Of a stretch of 64,000 nucleotides of DNA, positions 52,236 to 64,000 are shown piece after piece (position 1 is the stretch's first letter; each line of letters starts with the position of its first letter). This DNA is from Owenia fusiformis (Eukaryota), in the NCBI GenBank assembly GCA_903813345.2, contig CAIIXF020000001.1:19530001-19594000 (forward strand), read 5' to 3'. The notes beneath the pieces were generated by a model. The model had not been told where the DNA came from. It did no database searches and saw only the letters and a program-made list of their open reading frames with translations. A program made the translations under genes and the position numbers.

Positions 52236-52535
52236 TTAACCTCTTGACTACCCAGAATGGCGAGATTTCTCGTCATCTCAGAAATGACCTTGAAACCCAG
52301 AGGGATGAGAAAATCCGTCACAAAATTTTTCACAAAATTTGCTCTCATTTGAACAATTTTCATACAATTTACACAAAAATTGTTTTAAAACATGTAGAAA
52401 TGATCTCTGCCATCTAATTTTACTAAGTTGAGCATCTTAAGTTGTGTAGGTATGTAGAAAAATGTCAAAAGGTGGCAAAAATGAAAAAATTCTCTGGTTT
52501 CAACCAATTTTAGAGCATGGGATTCAAGAGGTTAA
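52236..52535. mobile_element. piggyBac-like MITE
   Basis: TTAA-CCTCTTGACTACCC ... GGGATTCAAGAGG-TTAA. Confidence 0.7.
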
Positions 52536-52944
52536 TGCATACTTCTGAAGATGCATATTGTTCTATATTTCCTATATATCTATTTGTTTTTATATTAATT
52601 GTTTTTTTTAAATTTTTTAAATTTAAGGCCCATTTTTGATAAGTTGGCAAAAGCCCAAATTATGCCCATTTTTGAGGCCCTACAAAATTTTTGGGCCTCA
52701 AAATTTTTTGGGCCTCTAAAATATTTTTCTGAGCCCACCCAAGGGGGGGGGGCAAGCCCCATGGGTCCCCCCCACTGGATTCGCCAGTGCAGTCAATATA
52801 GAAAATCAAAACTCCTCCAACATGATAGTTATATAGGCCTAAATATACCTTTATGTAATGGTAGAACTCACATATACACATACATACATATTTTGAAATA
52901 CAATTTAATATCTCAATATCTATGGGACTCTGTGTATGCCTGTA

Positions 52945-53075
52945 TATGTGGTGACATATTGTTATTGTCTCCAACTTTTTTGTGGATAGTGTTTAGTGTT
53001 TGATGGTCAGCTTTCTGTGGTCGCCATCTGTAAAAATGGAAGGTGGTGATATTTTGCATAAAAATGCCTTGTTTA
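52945..53075 (+). mobile_element. Short copy of the ATGTCACCACC Helentron-type family
   Basis: GTGGTGACATATTGTTATTGTCTCCAAC ... GGTGGTGATATTTTGCATAAAAATGCCTTGTT. Confidence 0.6.
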
Positions 53076-53589
53076 TGTTATGTAATATTTTTATTTTACT
53101 TGGTTTGTGTTGCAATATATTCCTACTCCCAAACACATTTGTGTTCATTGTTTTATTTTTTGATTATAAATAAACAGCTCTCCAATGTGAAGAGGTAGTT
53201 ATGTATAATTGGATTAATAATTCCCTAAGTGTATTGACACAGTGTATTTTAGTTGTCTCATCTTGACAAGGATGTCCCTTGTAAATTAGAAAAACCAGTT
53301 CAAATTGACAAAAATGAGAATTCGTCAAAAGCATCAATGTATGCCTATATGAATGTCCTTTTATTCATTGTGACATGTAGAAAACATGCAGACAAATACA
53401 GCTTGGACTTTTGTATTATGATTATAGAGGTATGAAGATATCCAATTTTTGATAAATATTGATATGGATTGTGAATACAAAAAGAAATTACTGACGTCGA
53501 TTATTTATGTTCGCATTTTTAATGAGTATTAAAATAACGAACAAATAATATTTCTATGTTCGCAAATTCAATGCAACATTCAATTAGCA

Positions 53590-53616
53590 CAACTTCCGGT
53601 TAGTTCTTGGCAACCA
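53590..53616 (+). promoter_or_regulatory. Putative BTBD19 proximal promoter: ETS site plus X-box-like (RFX) site
   Basis: ACTTCCGG (53592) directly followed by GTTCTTGGCAAC (53603), 55-75 bp upstream of the ATG. Confidence 0.45.
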
Positions 53617-53667
53617 CAAAACTTATTAATTTAAATCGTTACTTTGTCCATTTTCTCTGAATTCAAT

Positions 53668-56600
53668 ATGTCTAACGAGGTTTATATGAAAGGTGACATA
53701 ACCGTTGTTGCCAATGAAATGAAAAAATTGGTGAACAATAAAGAAATGAGGTAAGTCTTGGACGGTAAAAACTTATTTTCAAGTTCAAAAAATGAAATCT
53801 TTCTCACTGACTGAGGTTCTCACACTTACAAACAAGTCTTGGTGTCCTTTTTAAATCGGATAAAACCCACTGAAAAGCGATAATCTTAGCACAATTAACA
53901 ATCAAACTTTGGGCTTTGGGCTTCTTCATAATTTCTGTTTTCTGTAGTCTACCTTAGAAGTTTAAATACATATGCCAACTCGATTTTTTAGACATGTTCT
54001 CGGGCCTGTGATTTGTATAGTGCTCACCATATATAAATGGCATCTTGATTTTCTATCATCATTCCCAGACCATGGTGATATGAGACTTAATACTTTTCAA
54101 TAATATCTAGATACACATCCCTCAAGTTTTGTATATTTTACATTTTGTATACTCTCAACTACTAATGTATGGTCACGTGTAAATTCTCTTCTTTCTAACA
54201 TTCGAAATCCTCTCTTCAGCAACAGATATCATTCATTTATGGTGAGCACTGTAGTATATTCGATAGATCTACAAAGTGTCCTCATGTCGACACTGCCTTT
54301 TAGATACACATCCCTTAAGTTTTGTATATTTTACATTTTGTATACTCTCAACTGCTAAAGTATGGTCACTCGAAAGTTCTCTTATTTTTTATCATGGGAA
54401 ATCCTCACTTCAGCAAATCCAGGTGTCATTCATTTATGGTGAGCACTGTATGTACAGTATATTCAATACATCTACAAAGTGTCCTCAATCCTCATGTCAA
54501 GTCTGATTGACACTGCCCTTCTTTTCAAAACCAAGCCTTCTTTGGTTGCTGTGCATTGGTGATCTTCCATTTTGAATCATTGGTTGAATTTGCTACATAC
54601 ATGTACCTTTATAATGTCGTTGAATCCAGGGCGTTGGATGAAAAGGGGGGTGCGTCTTCCAGACAGTGTATGCCCTAAGGATTCCAGAGCTGCTGGTCAA
54701 AAAGGCATTACTGACCAGTTGCAATGTTATTTTCCTATACCTAGTGAAAAAATCAACTGGTCAGTATCAAAAGTAACCAGATAATGACCAGCTGTCCGAC
54801 GCTTAAGGCGTGCCCTGCTTCCAGAAAATATAGGTGGGCTGGGAAAAACGTGCATGGCCGAAGGCTGCGCATCTTGGGGGATCCAGAATTTTTTTTTCAA
54901 AGACGTTATTTGGTGCAATCTAAGCGTTTTCAGCTATACGTAAATAGTTCTTTTCGATTGAAACCATGGGTTTTCAACAGAAGGGGATGCAACTTCCTGT
55001 ATTTCATACATGAGTATTGCCTTGGGGTTTCAAAATTGGAGAAAAATGCTTCCTGTACACATTCCAAGAAAAATCTTATTTTGTACTTTTCATGTATGAT
55101 TTAAGAAATAACTCAAAAATAAAAACATGAAATGGAATTCATCATAATTATGGCAATAATGAAAGTGAACATTCTCCCACAAATAATATTTTTATTGGAA
55201 TGCGTTGGAATAATTACCCACAATGCAACATTCGAAGAGAATATTTTGATACCTCTTTTTCTAATTAGTCTTTTTTGTTTACTTTTAAATGAGATTAAAC
55301 ATGTTTTATGCTTTAATCATATTCAAAATTGATTTTTCTTCAAGATAATACTAAAACATACATATTTATTTAAAACTGAAATATTATCAAAAAGGGAAGC
55401 ATGGCACCATGGGCATTCAATCTGTTGAAAGCCAATGTTACTTTCAAACCAAATATTCATAAGTTTTATTTTATTTTTCTTTATTTTTCAGCGATATCAA
55501 ATTCATGATTGGACCCAACAGAAAACCTGTCTATGCCCATAGATGTATCCTCTCAACCAGATGTGATGTCTTCAGAGCCATGTTTTCAGACCAAGAAAGC
55601 AAATCTGACAAAAATAACAAAGAAATTCCATTTGTTTTGTCGGATATCACACCTGATATATTTCTAGCTGTCATGGAGTATATCTACACCGGATGTGTAA
55701 GCCTCACAGGGAAAATTGTAAGTTGAATGCCAAATATGGCGATGTTTGTAGATTTGTATATGAAGCAATTCATCCGTAAATCCATTTCCTATGTTAAATG
55801 CATTTCCTATGTTATTCCCTAACTTTAAAGACATTTTTAACTCAATACAATGCAGAATCAATACAAGGTTTTCATGTAGTCTCGATTATTGAATCTTACT
55901 ATAGATTTTCATGTTTTAATCTGACTTTCAGGCAATAGATGTCCTTGGCAGTAGCATTGAGTATGGTTTAGATGAACTGAGGAAGGTAAGATTACTTGTA
56001 TATTATGCGAAAACCCACTTTCAAAATAAAGGCTTGTTATACTATTATCTCGCAGATCTATGGTTTTTTAAGGAGTTTGCTTTTAAATGCCCGTAATTTA
56101 GAAGTGCTAATACTTTACTTATTGAATCAAATATGTACTAAGAATCCAGAAATAGTACCAGCAAAAAATTTCGAAATCCAAGCACCATGTTCTGTTTAAG
56201 AACCCCTATTCTTACTTTTGAAAATAGATTCTAGCAATACTATCCACCATGAATTTACTTGTTGAGATTCAATCAACTTGAGTTCTTCTGAGAAAATGAG
56301 GATTTAGCAAGGGTGTATTGACTCAACATGGGGACATACACTATTGACCATTGACTTAGCATGGGGATACCATCAGGTATGTCACCATGTAAAGTCAATG
56401 CACCCTTGCTGAAATCCTCATTTTCTCAGAAGAACTCAAGTTGATTGAATCTCAACAAATAGATTCCTGTTGGATAGTATTGCTAAACAGGACATTAAAG
56501 CTTAACTCGGGGCTTAACTAAGGCCTTTTTGAAATTTTTGTTTAGTACTAAAAAAATGTTGGATCTGGAATTTTAAACTCAATTAAAGTAAACCAGAAAC

Positions 56601-59600
56601 AAATGTATATGTTGCTGTTAATTTACTTTAAGAATTTCATTTGAGTGTGACTTAAAAAGGTAAACATTTTGTACTTAATATTTCTTTCTCTATTTTACCC
56701 TGTAGCTGTGTAACCAGTACCTCGTTGAAAACCTTAGTATCAACAATGCATGTGACGCCATGCAGGCAGCTGTTACATATGGACAGGATGATCTCAGGGC
56801 AGAATCCATGTGTTATATAGAGGAAAATACACAGGTATTCCAAAGAGTTTTTTTTACATGGATTTGATGATGTAGAATTATCTTTGGCAGAATCCATGTG
56901 TTATATAGAGGAAAATACACAGGTATTCAAAAGAGTTTTTTTTACATGGATTTGATGATGTAGAATTATCTTTGGCAGAATCCATGTGTTATATAGAGGA
57001 AAATACACAGGTATTCCAAAGAGTTTTTTTAGATGGATCTGATGATGTAGAATTATCTTTGGCAGAATCCATGTGTTATATAGAGGAAAATACACCGGTA
57101 TTCCAAAGGGTTTTTTACCTGGATTTGATGATGTAGAATTATCTTTTGCATCTCATAAACATCTAAAAAATCCAAGTGTTATATAGAGGAAAATACACAG
57201 GTATTCCAAAGAGTTTTTTACATGGATTTGATGATGTAGAATTATCTTTTGCATCTCATAAACATCTAAAGTGCAAATGTACTATGGAGAATTTAGGGTT
57301 TCTTATGTCGATTTGTCTTTGAGAAATCACAACCTCTCAAGTGTCAGAATATTTTTTTGTTCTGTATTTCCTATTTGAGCCCATTTGAGGAAAATTGGTG
57401 CAATTAAACAGTTGACATTTTACATTTATTTCTAAGCAAAAATTCTCAAAGGAGTATTCCAAAAAACTTGTTTTTCTATTTCAGAATGTTTTTAAATCCA
57501 AAAGTTTCCATGAGATGTCAGAAGAAGCATTGTCTGTTGTACTTCAAAGTGATAGGTTAATGATGGACGAACCTGATGTGATAGATTGTGTACGGGAATG
57601 GGCCACAGTGAACTCTGTAAGTGTCCTTGTATCTACTGTACAAATTAAGAATCCACTTGAAACTTTTCACTGTTATGTCACCACCAAAAGTGGTGACATA
57701 TTGTTATGGTTTCCATTTTTTGTGATGACAGTTGGCCATCGGTGGTTGGTGATCAGCGATTGGTGGCTCACGATGGGTGTCTAACAATATTGTGAGCAAC
57801 TATGTGGTGACATTTTGTCATGTTAATGCCTTGTTCTAAATTAAGGTCATCACCAGAAGTGCGGTCAACCGGTGGTTGGTGATCGGCGATTGGTGGTTGA
57901 CAATCGGTGTCTCTAACCATATTGTGAGCAACTATGTGGTGACATTTTGTCATGTTAATGCCTTGTTCTAAATTAAGGTCATCACCAAGAAGTGCGGTCA
58001 ACCGGTGGTTGGTGATCGGCGATTTGTGGTTGATGATCGGTGTCTAACAATATTGTGAGCAACTATGTGGTGACATTTTGTCATGTTAATGCCTTGTTCT
58101 AAATTAAGGTCATCACCAAGAAGTGCGGTCAACCGGTGGTTGGTGATCGGCGATTTGTGGTTGATGATCGGTGTCTAACAATATTGTGAGCAACTATGTG
58201 GTGACATTTTGTCATGTTAATGCCTTGTTCTATATTAAGGTCATCACCAAGAAGTGCGGTCAACCGGTGGTTGGTGATCGGCGATTTGTGGTTGATGATC
58301 GGTGTCTAACAATATTGTGAGCAACTATGTGGTGACATTTTGTCATGTTAATGCCTTGTTCTAAATTAAGGTCATCACCAGAAGTGCGGTCAACCGGTGG
58401 TTGGTGATCGGCGATTGGTGGTTGACAATCGGTGTCTCTAACCATATTGTGAGCAACTAGGTGGTGACATTTTGTCATGTTACTGCCTTGTTCTATATTA
58501 ATTTCATCACCAAGAAGTGCGGACATATTGTTATTAGCCTACTATAACTTTTTAATGACAAGCATTTGGTGTTAGCATCTGTAATATTTGTTACACTTTT
58601 GTGACAATTTGCAGTAACTTATTAACAATTTTTTGTGCATTTACATAGACAACACACGTTATCAGATTATAAGACTGGTTCATTTTAACATAGTTGTAAT
58701 TCAAGTACACTGTAGTCATGAACTATAGCTGAAGAAGATGAGGTTAGATTTGCTTGAAAAATCAAATGATAAAATACCTAATGAGAGTTAATTCCCAGGA
58801 ATAAATTAATATAGGATCCACAGAGAATGCTACGTGCAAACTACTACAGTACAAACATGTGATGATTTCGATTTTGATCAGACTAACGTTGTAGTTCAAT
58901 TCGTTTTTTACACAAACATTTTTGATTAGGAATGTCACACCTTTTCCCATACTTTCATTGGATGCTTACTCTGATAAGTATCCATGTAATGACAGGTTGG
59001 GATTTGATCTGGCCTCAAATCTTGCCCATCGCTTCCATTATGATTACACTAGATCAAAGAGTCTCTGGGGTCTCTCAAGTTAATTAACATGGTTTACCTG
59101 TCAGTGTGTATTATGGATTTTTCTTTATTCTTTAATAAGAGCCAATGAGAGAGAAAGTATGTACATAATGAAATAATATTGAAAAGTGATAAAATAATCA
59201 AAAATGTGTGTAGAAATGCCAGGAAGCAAGAAAATCATAGATGTTTCAAGAAAAAATACAATAACAAATATAAACTGGTGTGAATTTCCTAACAAGCTAG
59301 TCAGGCCAGTAGCCAGCTTTTGTCAAGGGGGCTTCACAAAAAAGTCCAGGGGGTTCCAATTGACAATATTGGCCCAAAATCACTGGAAAAGTGCTCGGAA
59401 TTATGAAATTCAGCATGATTTTGAAAGAAACTTTATCCAAGGAGGGAGGGTTTGTTTGAACCCCTGAACCTCCCCCTGGCTGTTGGCCTGCTAGTTGGTA
59501 GAGTTTAGGGGTTTCCAAATCCAATCAAAGAAAAAATTCATCCACTCATGAGGTACATGAAAAATATAGACAAAAAAGGCAGATAGAGGCAAATAGAGGG

Positions 59601-61101
59601 TGAAATATCAGAGTGAAATAATACAAGCCTCTCTGCTAGAAGAGGATAAACGTTGTAATAATCAGACGATGGTTGTAATAATGATAAATCAAAATGAGCG
59701 ATCATTTATGACGGGAGTCTGCTAAAATATACAACCGTGACATGGTCTTTAATCAAGATTTAACACCCATATCTCGTGACACAGAATTTTTCCAATAGTG
59801 ATCTATTACCCTCTTAGGAATTTCATTCCGCTTTACTCGTGAATAAAATATGAAATGTCCATGTTTTTTAATTGCAAAGTGGACACGATTTTGTATAGAA
59901 ATTAAACCGAACATTCATTAAAATATCATCACTAGCTTCAAGAAATCAAGCATGGTATCTAATTCATACTCTGAGAGAATGTATTGTTTTGCACTAAACG
60001 ATTGAAACATGTTTTAGTGGTATTTTATTGTTTTATCAATAGATCTGATTGATATTATATCCAGGCTGATGCGAAATAGCCTTATCGGGATTCTATGAAG
60101 CAAGGTTTGCAGAGATATGCAGTTAGAAATCAGTTTTTGATTTAAGATGTTGGTGTACATTATTACTAACTGGTTAAGCTATGGTTTATGACTCTCTCGG
60201 GCATATCTGCACCTATTGGAATAAACTGTTTTAGGAAATCATTTACTTGCTTGGCCCAGACAAGGGAACTAATAATGCACATATGCTGTTCCTATGATAA
60301 AAGCTAGCTAGGGTATTCAATTGAACCATTTTTATTGCACAAAAGAGATATAGCTTTTCAGAGTCTGTCTTTTCACACTATGATAAACCATGACATCTCA
60401 ATTCCTCTCAGCCATAAGGTTTTAGTAAATTAGAAAGATGTGAGTAGTATCAGATAGTACATTCATAGCTGTACTAGTTTGCAGTTTGCACTACCTAGAA
60501 TGCCTAAAGGTGATCAGTAATGCCTTGGTCACATTTGCTGCGATTCATCGGCCAGCGCCCGACCGATTGAGTATTTTGTTCAAAATTGAATACATTTCTG
60601 AACAAAACACTCAATCGGCCGGGTGCCTGAGTGAAAATCGGAGCAAATGTGACCAAGGCATTATATATGTATTATCTTAATGGATTTGCATTTAATATTG
60701 GAATTGAAAAATAAAACACAAATAGGACAACAATGTATTTTGTTGTATTAGTGTCATGGTTCATACTTTTTCAAAATTGCTAGTATAGTAAAACCCCTGA
60801 AGAATTTTTGAAATTCAGAATAGCTAGAGCCTCTCTTTAAAGCCATGATTTGTGTCAAGAATACCCCAGAGGCTTTAAAATATAAGTTTGAATGACTTTC
60901 TAGACTACTGATGAATTCCATCTTTATGGGAAAGTAATATCACCATTAACACGTTTTATATTTTGTATAATTTAGGTTGTTATGGGAAAATCAATGAGTG
61001 AAGTGGCCAGAAAAGTTGTGTACCATCTCAGAATTCCTCTCCTGACCCCTGAGGAACTACACGCTCTAGAAGAAGAGACTAGGAAAGACAAACTGTTGCC
61101 G
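53668..61101 (+). CDS. BTBD19: BTB/POZ-BACK protein BTBD19, first six coding exons (3' end not found in window)
   Basis: Exons 53668..53750, 55492..55717, 55932..55985, 56706..56834, 57485..57616, 60976..61101. KLVNNKEMSDIKFMIG..VYAHRCILSTRC, IEYGLDELRKLC, ACDAMQAAVTYG, LQSDRLMMDE, LRIPLLTPEELHALEEE match the BTBD19 layout. Confidence 0.88.
54108..54500 (+). repeat. Diverged ~190-bp tandem duplication in BTBD19 intron 1
   Basis: TAGATACACATCCCT..TTTTGTATATTTTACATTTTGTATACTCTCAACT at 54108 and 54301. Confidence 0.85.
56232..56487. mobile_element. Fold-back MITE, ~255 bp
   Basis: TAGCAATACTATCCA..TTGTTGAGATTCAATCAACTTGAGTTCTTCTGAGAAAATGAGGATTT mirrored at the right end. Confidence 0.85.
56799..57270 (+). 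repeat. Tandem ~87-bp repeat spanning an exon end and 5' splice site (5 copies)
   Basis: GTGTTATATAGAGGAAAATACACAG|GTATTC repeated; the fourth copy reads CACCG. Confidence 0.92.
57673..58535 (+). repeat. Helentron-type element whose 3' end is amplified into a ~131-bp x6 tandem array
   Basis: 5' end ATGTCACCACCAAAAGTGGTGACAT at 57675; GGTGGTTGGTGATC at 57741, 57871, 58004, 58135, 58266, 58396. Confidence 0.88.
59302..59490. mobile_element. MITE, same family as 20142-20348
   Basis: CTAGT-CAGGCCAGTAGCCAG ... CTGGCTGTTGGCCTG-CTAGT. Confidence 0.8.
60518..60663. mobile_element. Palindromic MITE (PIF/Harbinger-like)
   Basis: TAATGCCTTGGTCACATTTGCT ... AGCAAATGTGACCAAGGCATTA with further internal pairing. 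Confidence 0.75.
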
Positions 61102-64000
61102 GTAAGTCTCAAGATTGTTATAGCATTAAATAACTTCTAAGATAATCAAGACATCTTTCTTATTTCACATTCAGCCAAATCAAATAAAATGGTAAAATGT
61201 CCATAATTTATAGCAAAGCATATGCACAGTCATGAATTCAAATAAAATGAAAAAATTCCATAATTCATAGTATATGCGCAGGCATCAATGCAGAAGAACG
61301 TCCCAAGAATATGAATGAGACTTTTCATGAAGGGAAGACTCTAGCATACACATTTGTAATCCTGTAATACAAGTCAGACACTGATAAACAACTACATGTG
61401 CGATGGGATGAATGTACGTTGAAATGCTACTATGGGAGATGTGATATTCATTGAAAATACTCTCAAACATCACACTATATTTAAGAAATATCTCTGAATA
61501 GGAGTCTGTCCCTTTCATCCACAGATGACATTTCTCAGGACATTCAAGAATGTTTATTCTTGCCTTTATTTTGATTAATTTACATTTGACTTAATCTGTG
61601 GTTGACGTCAAGTTTCTTTGAAGCATTTGCCCGCTTAGAGGACTATGATAACCATTAATGTCATCGAGTAAGGCAACCAATTTATAATACAAACCTTCTT
61701 TGTAAAATTAATTCCCAATTTTGACGAAACTGATGTTTTGTATAGTCTCCAGATTTTTGTGGATGGTGTTCGGCAGTTGGTGTTTGGCAGTGCCTGAGTG
61801 GGCAGTTGGTGTCTGTTACAAATTTCAGGTCGTTACATTTTACATGTTATAATGTTTTGTTTAGAATTCCTGGTCAATTGTTCAACAAATGCAAAAACAA
61901 AAAGGACAAGTTTACATTTCATGAAATAAACAAGTAAATGGAAAATTCAAAGTAGATGAGTGTTATTTGGTCATTTTATTTATGAATATTTAAAATAAAA
62001 GTTACAATTACCCACTATCTAATGAATAAATAGATCTTCCCTTTAATAATTCACTACTTAAAATAAAGCTTGAGATAATTAGTAAGTGATTATTTTGTGT
62101 TCTCACTCAACTATGGAGAGGTCATGTTGATAAAGGTGTCATATGACACATTTGATTGACTTCTCTGACAATCTGTGAAGCCCTGAGAAATGAATTTAAA
62201 AAAAAAATTGGATTGGAATGTAGAATGTTGGAAGCAATCTTTCCAAAATCATGACTATGTTTTCTAACAACCTTAAAATTTATAGAAAAAAATTATTGAA
62301 AATTTAAGAAGCAGAAATGTCCAAATAACATAAGCCCTTTTCATTTTTTCCCAGCAAACCATAGAAATCAAATGATTATTCTGAAATAGAGTCAGAAATG
62401 TTTGACCTTTTAGAAAAAGGCATGGCATGGAATTAAATGAGCAAAGAATATAATTGTAAGATTGTTACAATTTTAAGGAAACTAACTCTGAACTCATCCC
62501 TCTATAGCTTCTAGTACTTGTTAACATGGAGCCTTAATTTAGGAGCCTTAGTATTTATTTATTAAATGTCTGAATGTGAAATCGGTGTTCAAAAATATGG
62601 AAATGGATGCATATAATACTGGGCTTAGGTCAAAATGTTGAATGTGGTCAAAATGCGTAATCAAAATACAATGGATATATGTTTGGGGGATGAAAGTTGA
62701 TTTCATTTTGAGTATCCTTGGAGATAATTAACAAAACAGCAGAGGCTCATTTGGAGTGGATATTGAAGGTTAAGCCAAAAAAGAGACAAAATTATGTTTT
62801 TATGGACTCCAAGGTTGATTTATTATTCTGACCCCTCTCCGAATGAATATAAATCTGAAAACCTAACATATTGATTGAATGCTTAATATTGATATTTGAA
62901 GAATGTGGCTGATTATGTATGTACATGTATGTAGTTTTCCCAATAAAATTGATAAATGAATGATTTAAAAATTGCAAAATACAGAGATTATTTATGCACC
63001 CAAAACACACATAGAGACCTAATTTACCGACTTCAAAAATCGAACATTTCACATATGACAGATACGAGTCTAGACAATATAGTTAATCTTTTGTTGGACA
63101 TTCCATGCTAACACTAACCAGGCGTGAATTATTGTACTGTTAGACTGCATGTGAAAGAGATATATTTGTTAATGTCTAATGCCCTGACATTTCTCACATC
63201 ACCTTCAATCCTCAAAGGATCTCATGATATTTACAAGCTCTTGATCCAAAAGTTTATTACGACATTCTGTTTCTTGCCTGTTTACAGCCAAGAGGGGGGA
63301 ACAAGCTAGAAATGAAAGATACAGGGTAAAAGTTTAGACTTTAAATTATCTAAAAGTGTAAGGTGCTCTGACTTTTTATTCAAATAATTTTGAGAAAATA
63401 AGCGAAATATTCTCAGTCTGGTTAAACTGTTTGGGATGGACATCTGCAGAAATTCACAGAAGCAGAAGAGAAACAAATCCAAGATAACACAGCAGACGTT
63501 AGAAAACTTTCATTTTTTACAAAATTATATAGATTACATTTACAGTAGTTCGACATTTTACCATGGGCTTTCAACTTTTCTTGAAAGCCAATGATTTTAC
63601 GCTTTAATGGAGATGTACAGTTTGCATGATCATGAATTTCTTGGCTTAATTAACCATTAGTAATTTTGGTGACATTTGTATCAGTTTTAGTTGATTCACG
63701 AATGCAATATGTCAGTGTTAATATTTTAGTTGGTGTCACTGATGTCATTTAATTTGTTAAATCTAACATTTAGTTTTTATTTTGTGCACTGAAAGGTTCT
63801 GTGCTGATGTCAAATAAATTATTAAGAATAAGTGTGATGTCATATAAATCATTGATAATTGAATTATGAGATCGTAATTATGAGATCGTTTTTGAGAAAA
63901 ACAAAGATAGATCTTGTAAACAACTTGTTACATCGTCATCCTATAGAATCGACTTGCTGAGTCCTGAAAACTGTAAGTAACCAAAAATCGTCCCGACTCA

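Noticed and set aside
54572-55104. GC-richer stretch with short ORFs and small inverted repeats in BTBD19 intron 1
   Set aside because: No recognisable protein or RNA motif; probably an old repeat whose ends I cannot define.
61102-64000. Final BTBD19 exon(s) and short ORFs
   Set aside because: No sequence matching the expected C-terminus was found; the ORFs look non-coding.

Overview
This is AT-rich, intron-rich animal (probably lophotrochozoan invertebrate) genomic DNA; GT-AG spliced gene models were assembled by hand and checked for phase consistency. It holds eight genes: (1) a 6-exon minus-strand gene for a ~471-aa secreted protein (signal peptide, AbfB-like beta-trefoil, two unnamed domains); (2) a 2-exon lachesin-like three-Ig GPI-anchored protein; (3) the last four exons of ASPH, whose upstream exons are absent, so genes 1 and 2 appear to lie inside one >14.7-kb ASPH intron; (4) a GT92/DUF23 glycosyltransferase with a long repetitive stem; (5) a patatin-like phospholipase with an inserted EF-hand pair and two possible N-termini; (6, 7) tandem CRT-like transporter paralogues; (8) the first six exons of BTBD19. 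Non-coding DNA is rich in non-autonomous transposons: Helentron-type elements carrying ~145-bp satellite arrays, MITEs with 5-bp, TA or TTAA target duplications, fold-backs, two LINE remnants and several nested insertions. No RNA genes or CRISPR arrays were recognised. The strongest candidates for something undescribed are the ASPH/lachesin/secreted-protein nested locus with phase-compatible chimeric splice options, the EF-hand patatin and the diverging CRT-like pair. No database search was possible, so novelty is unverified.
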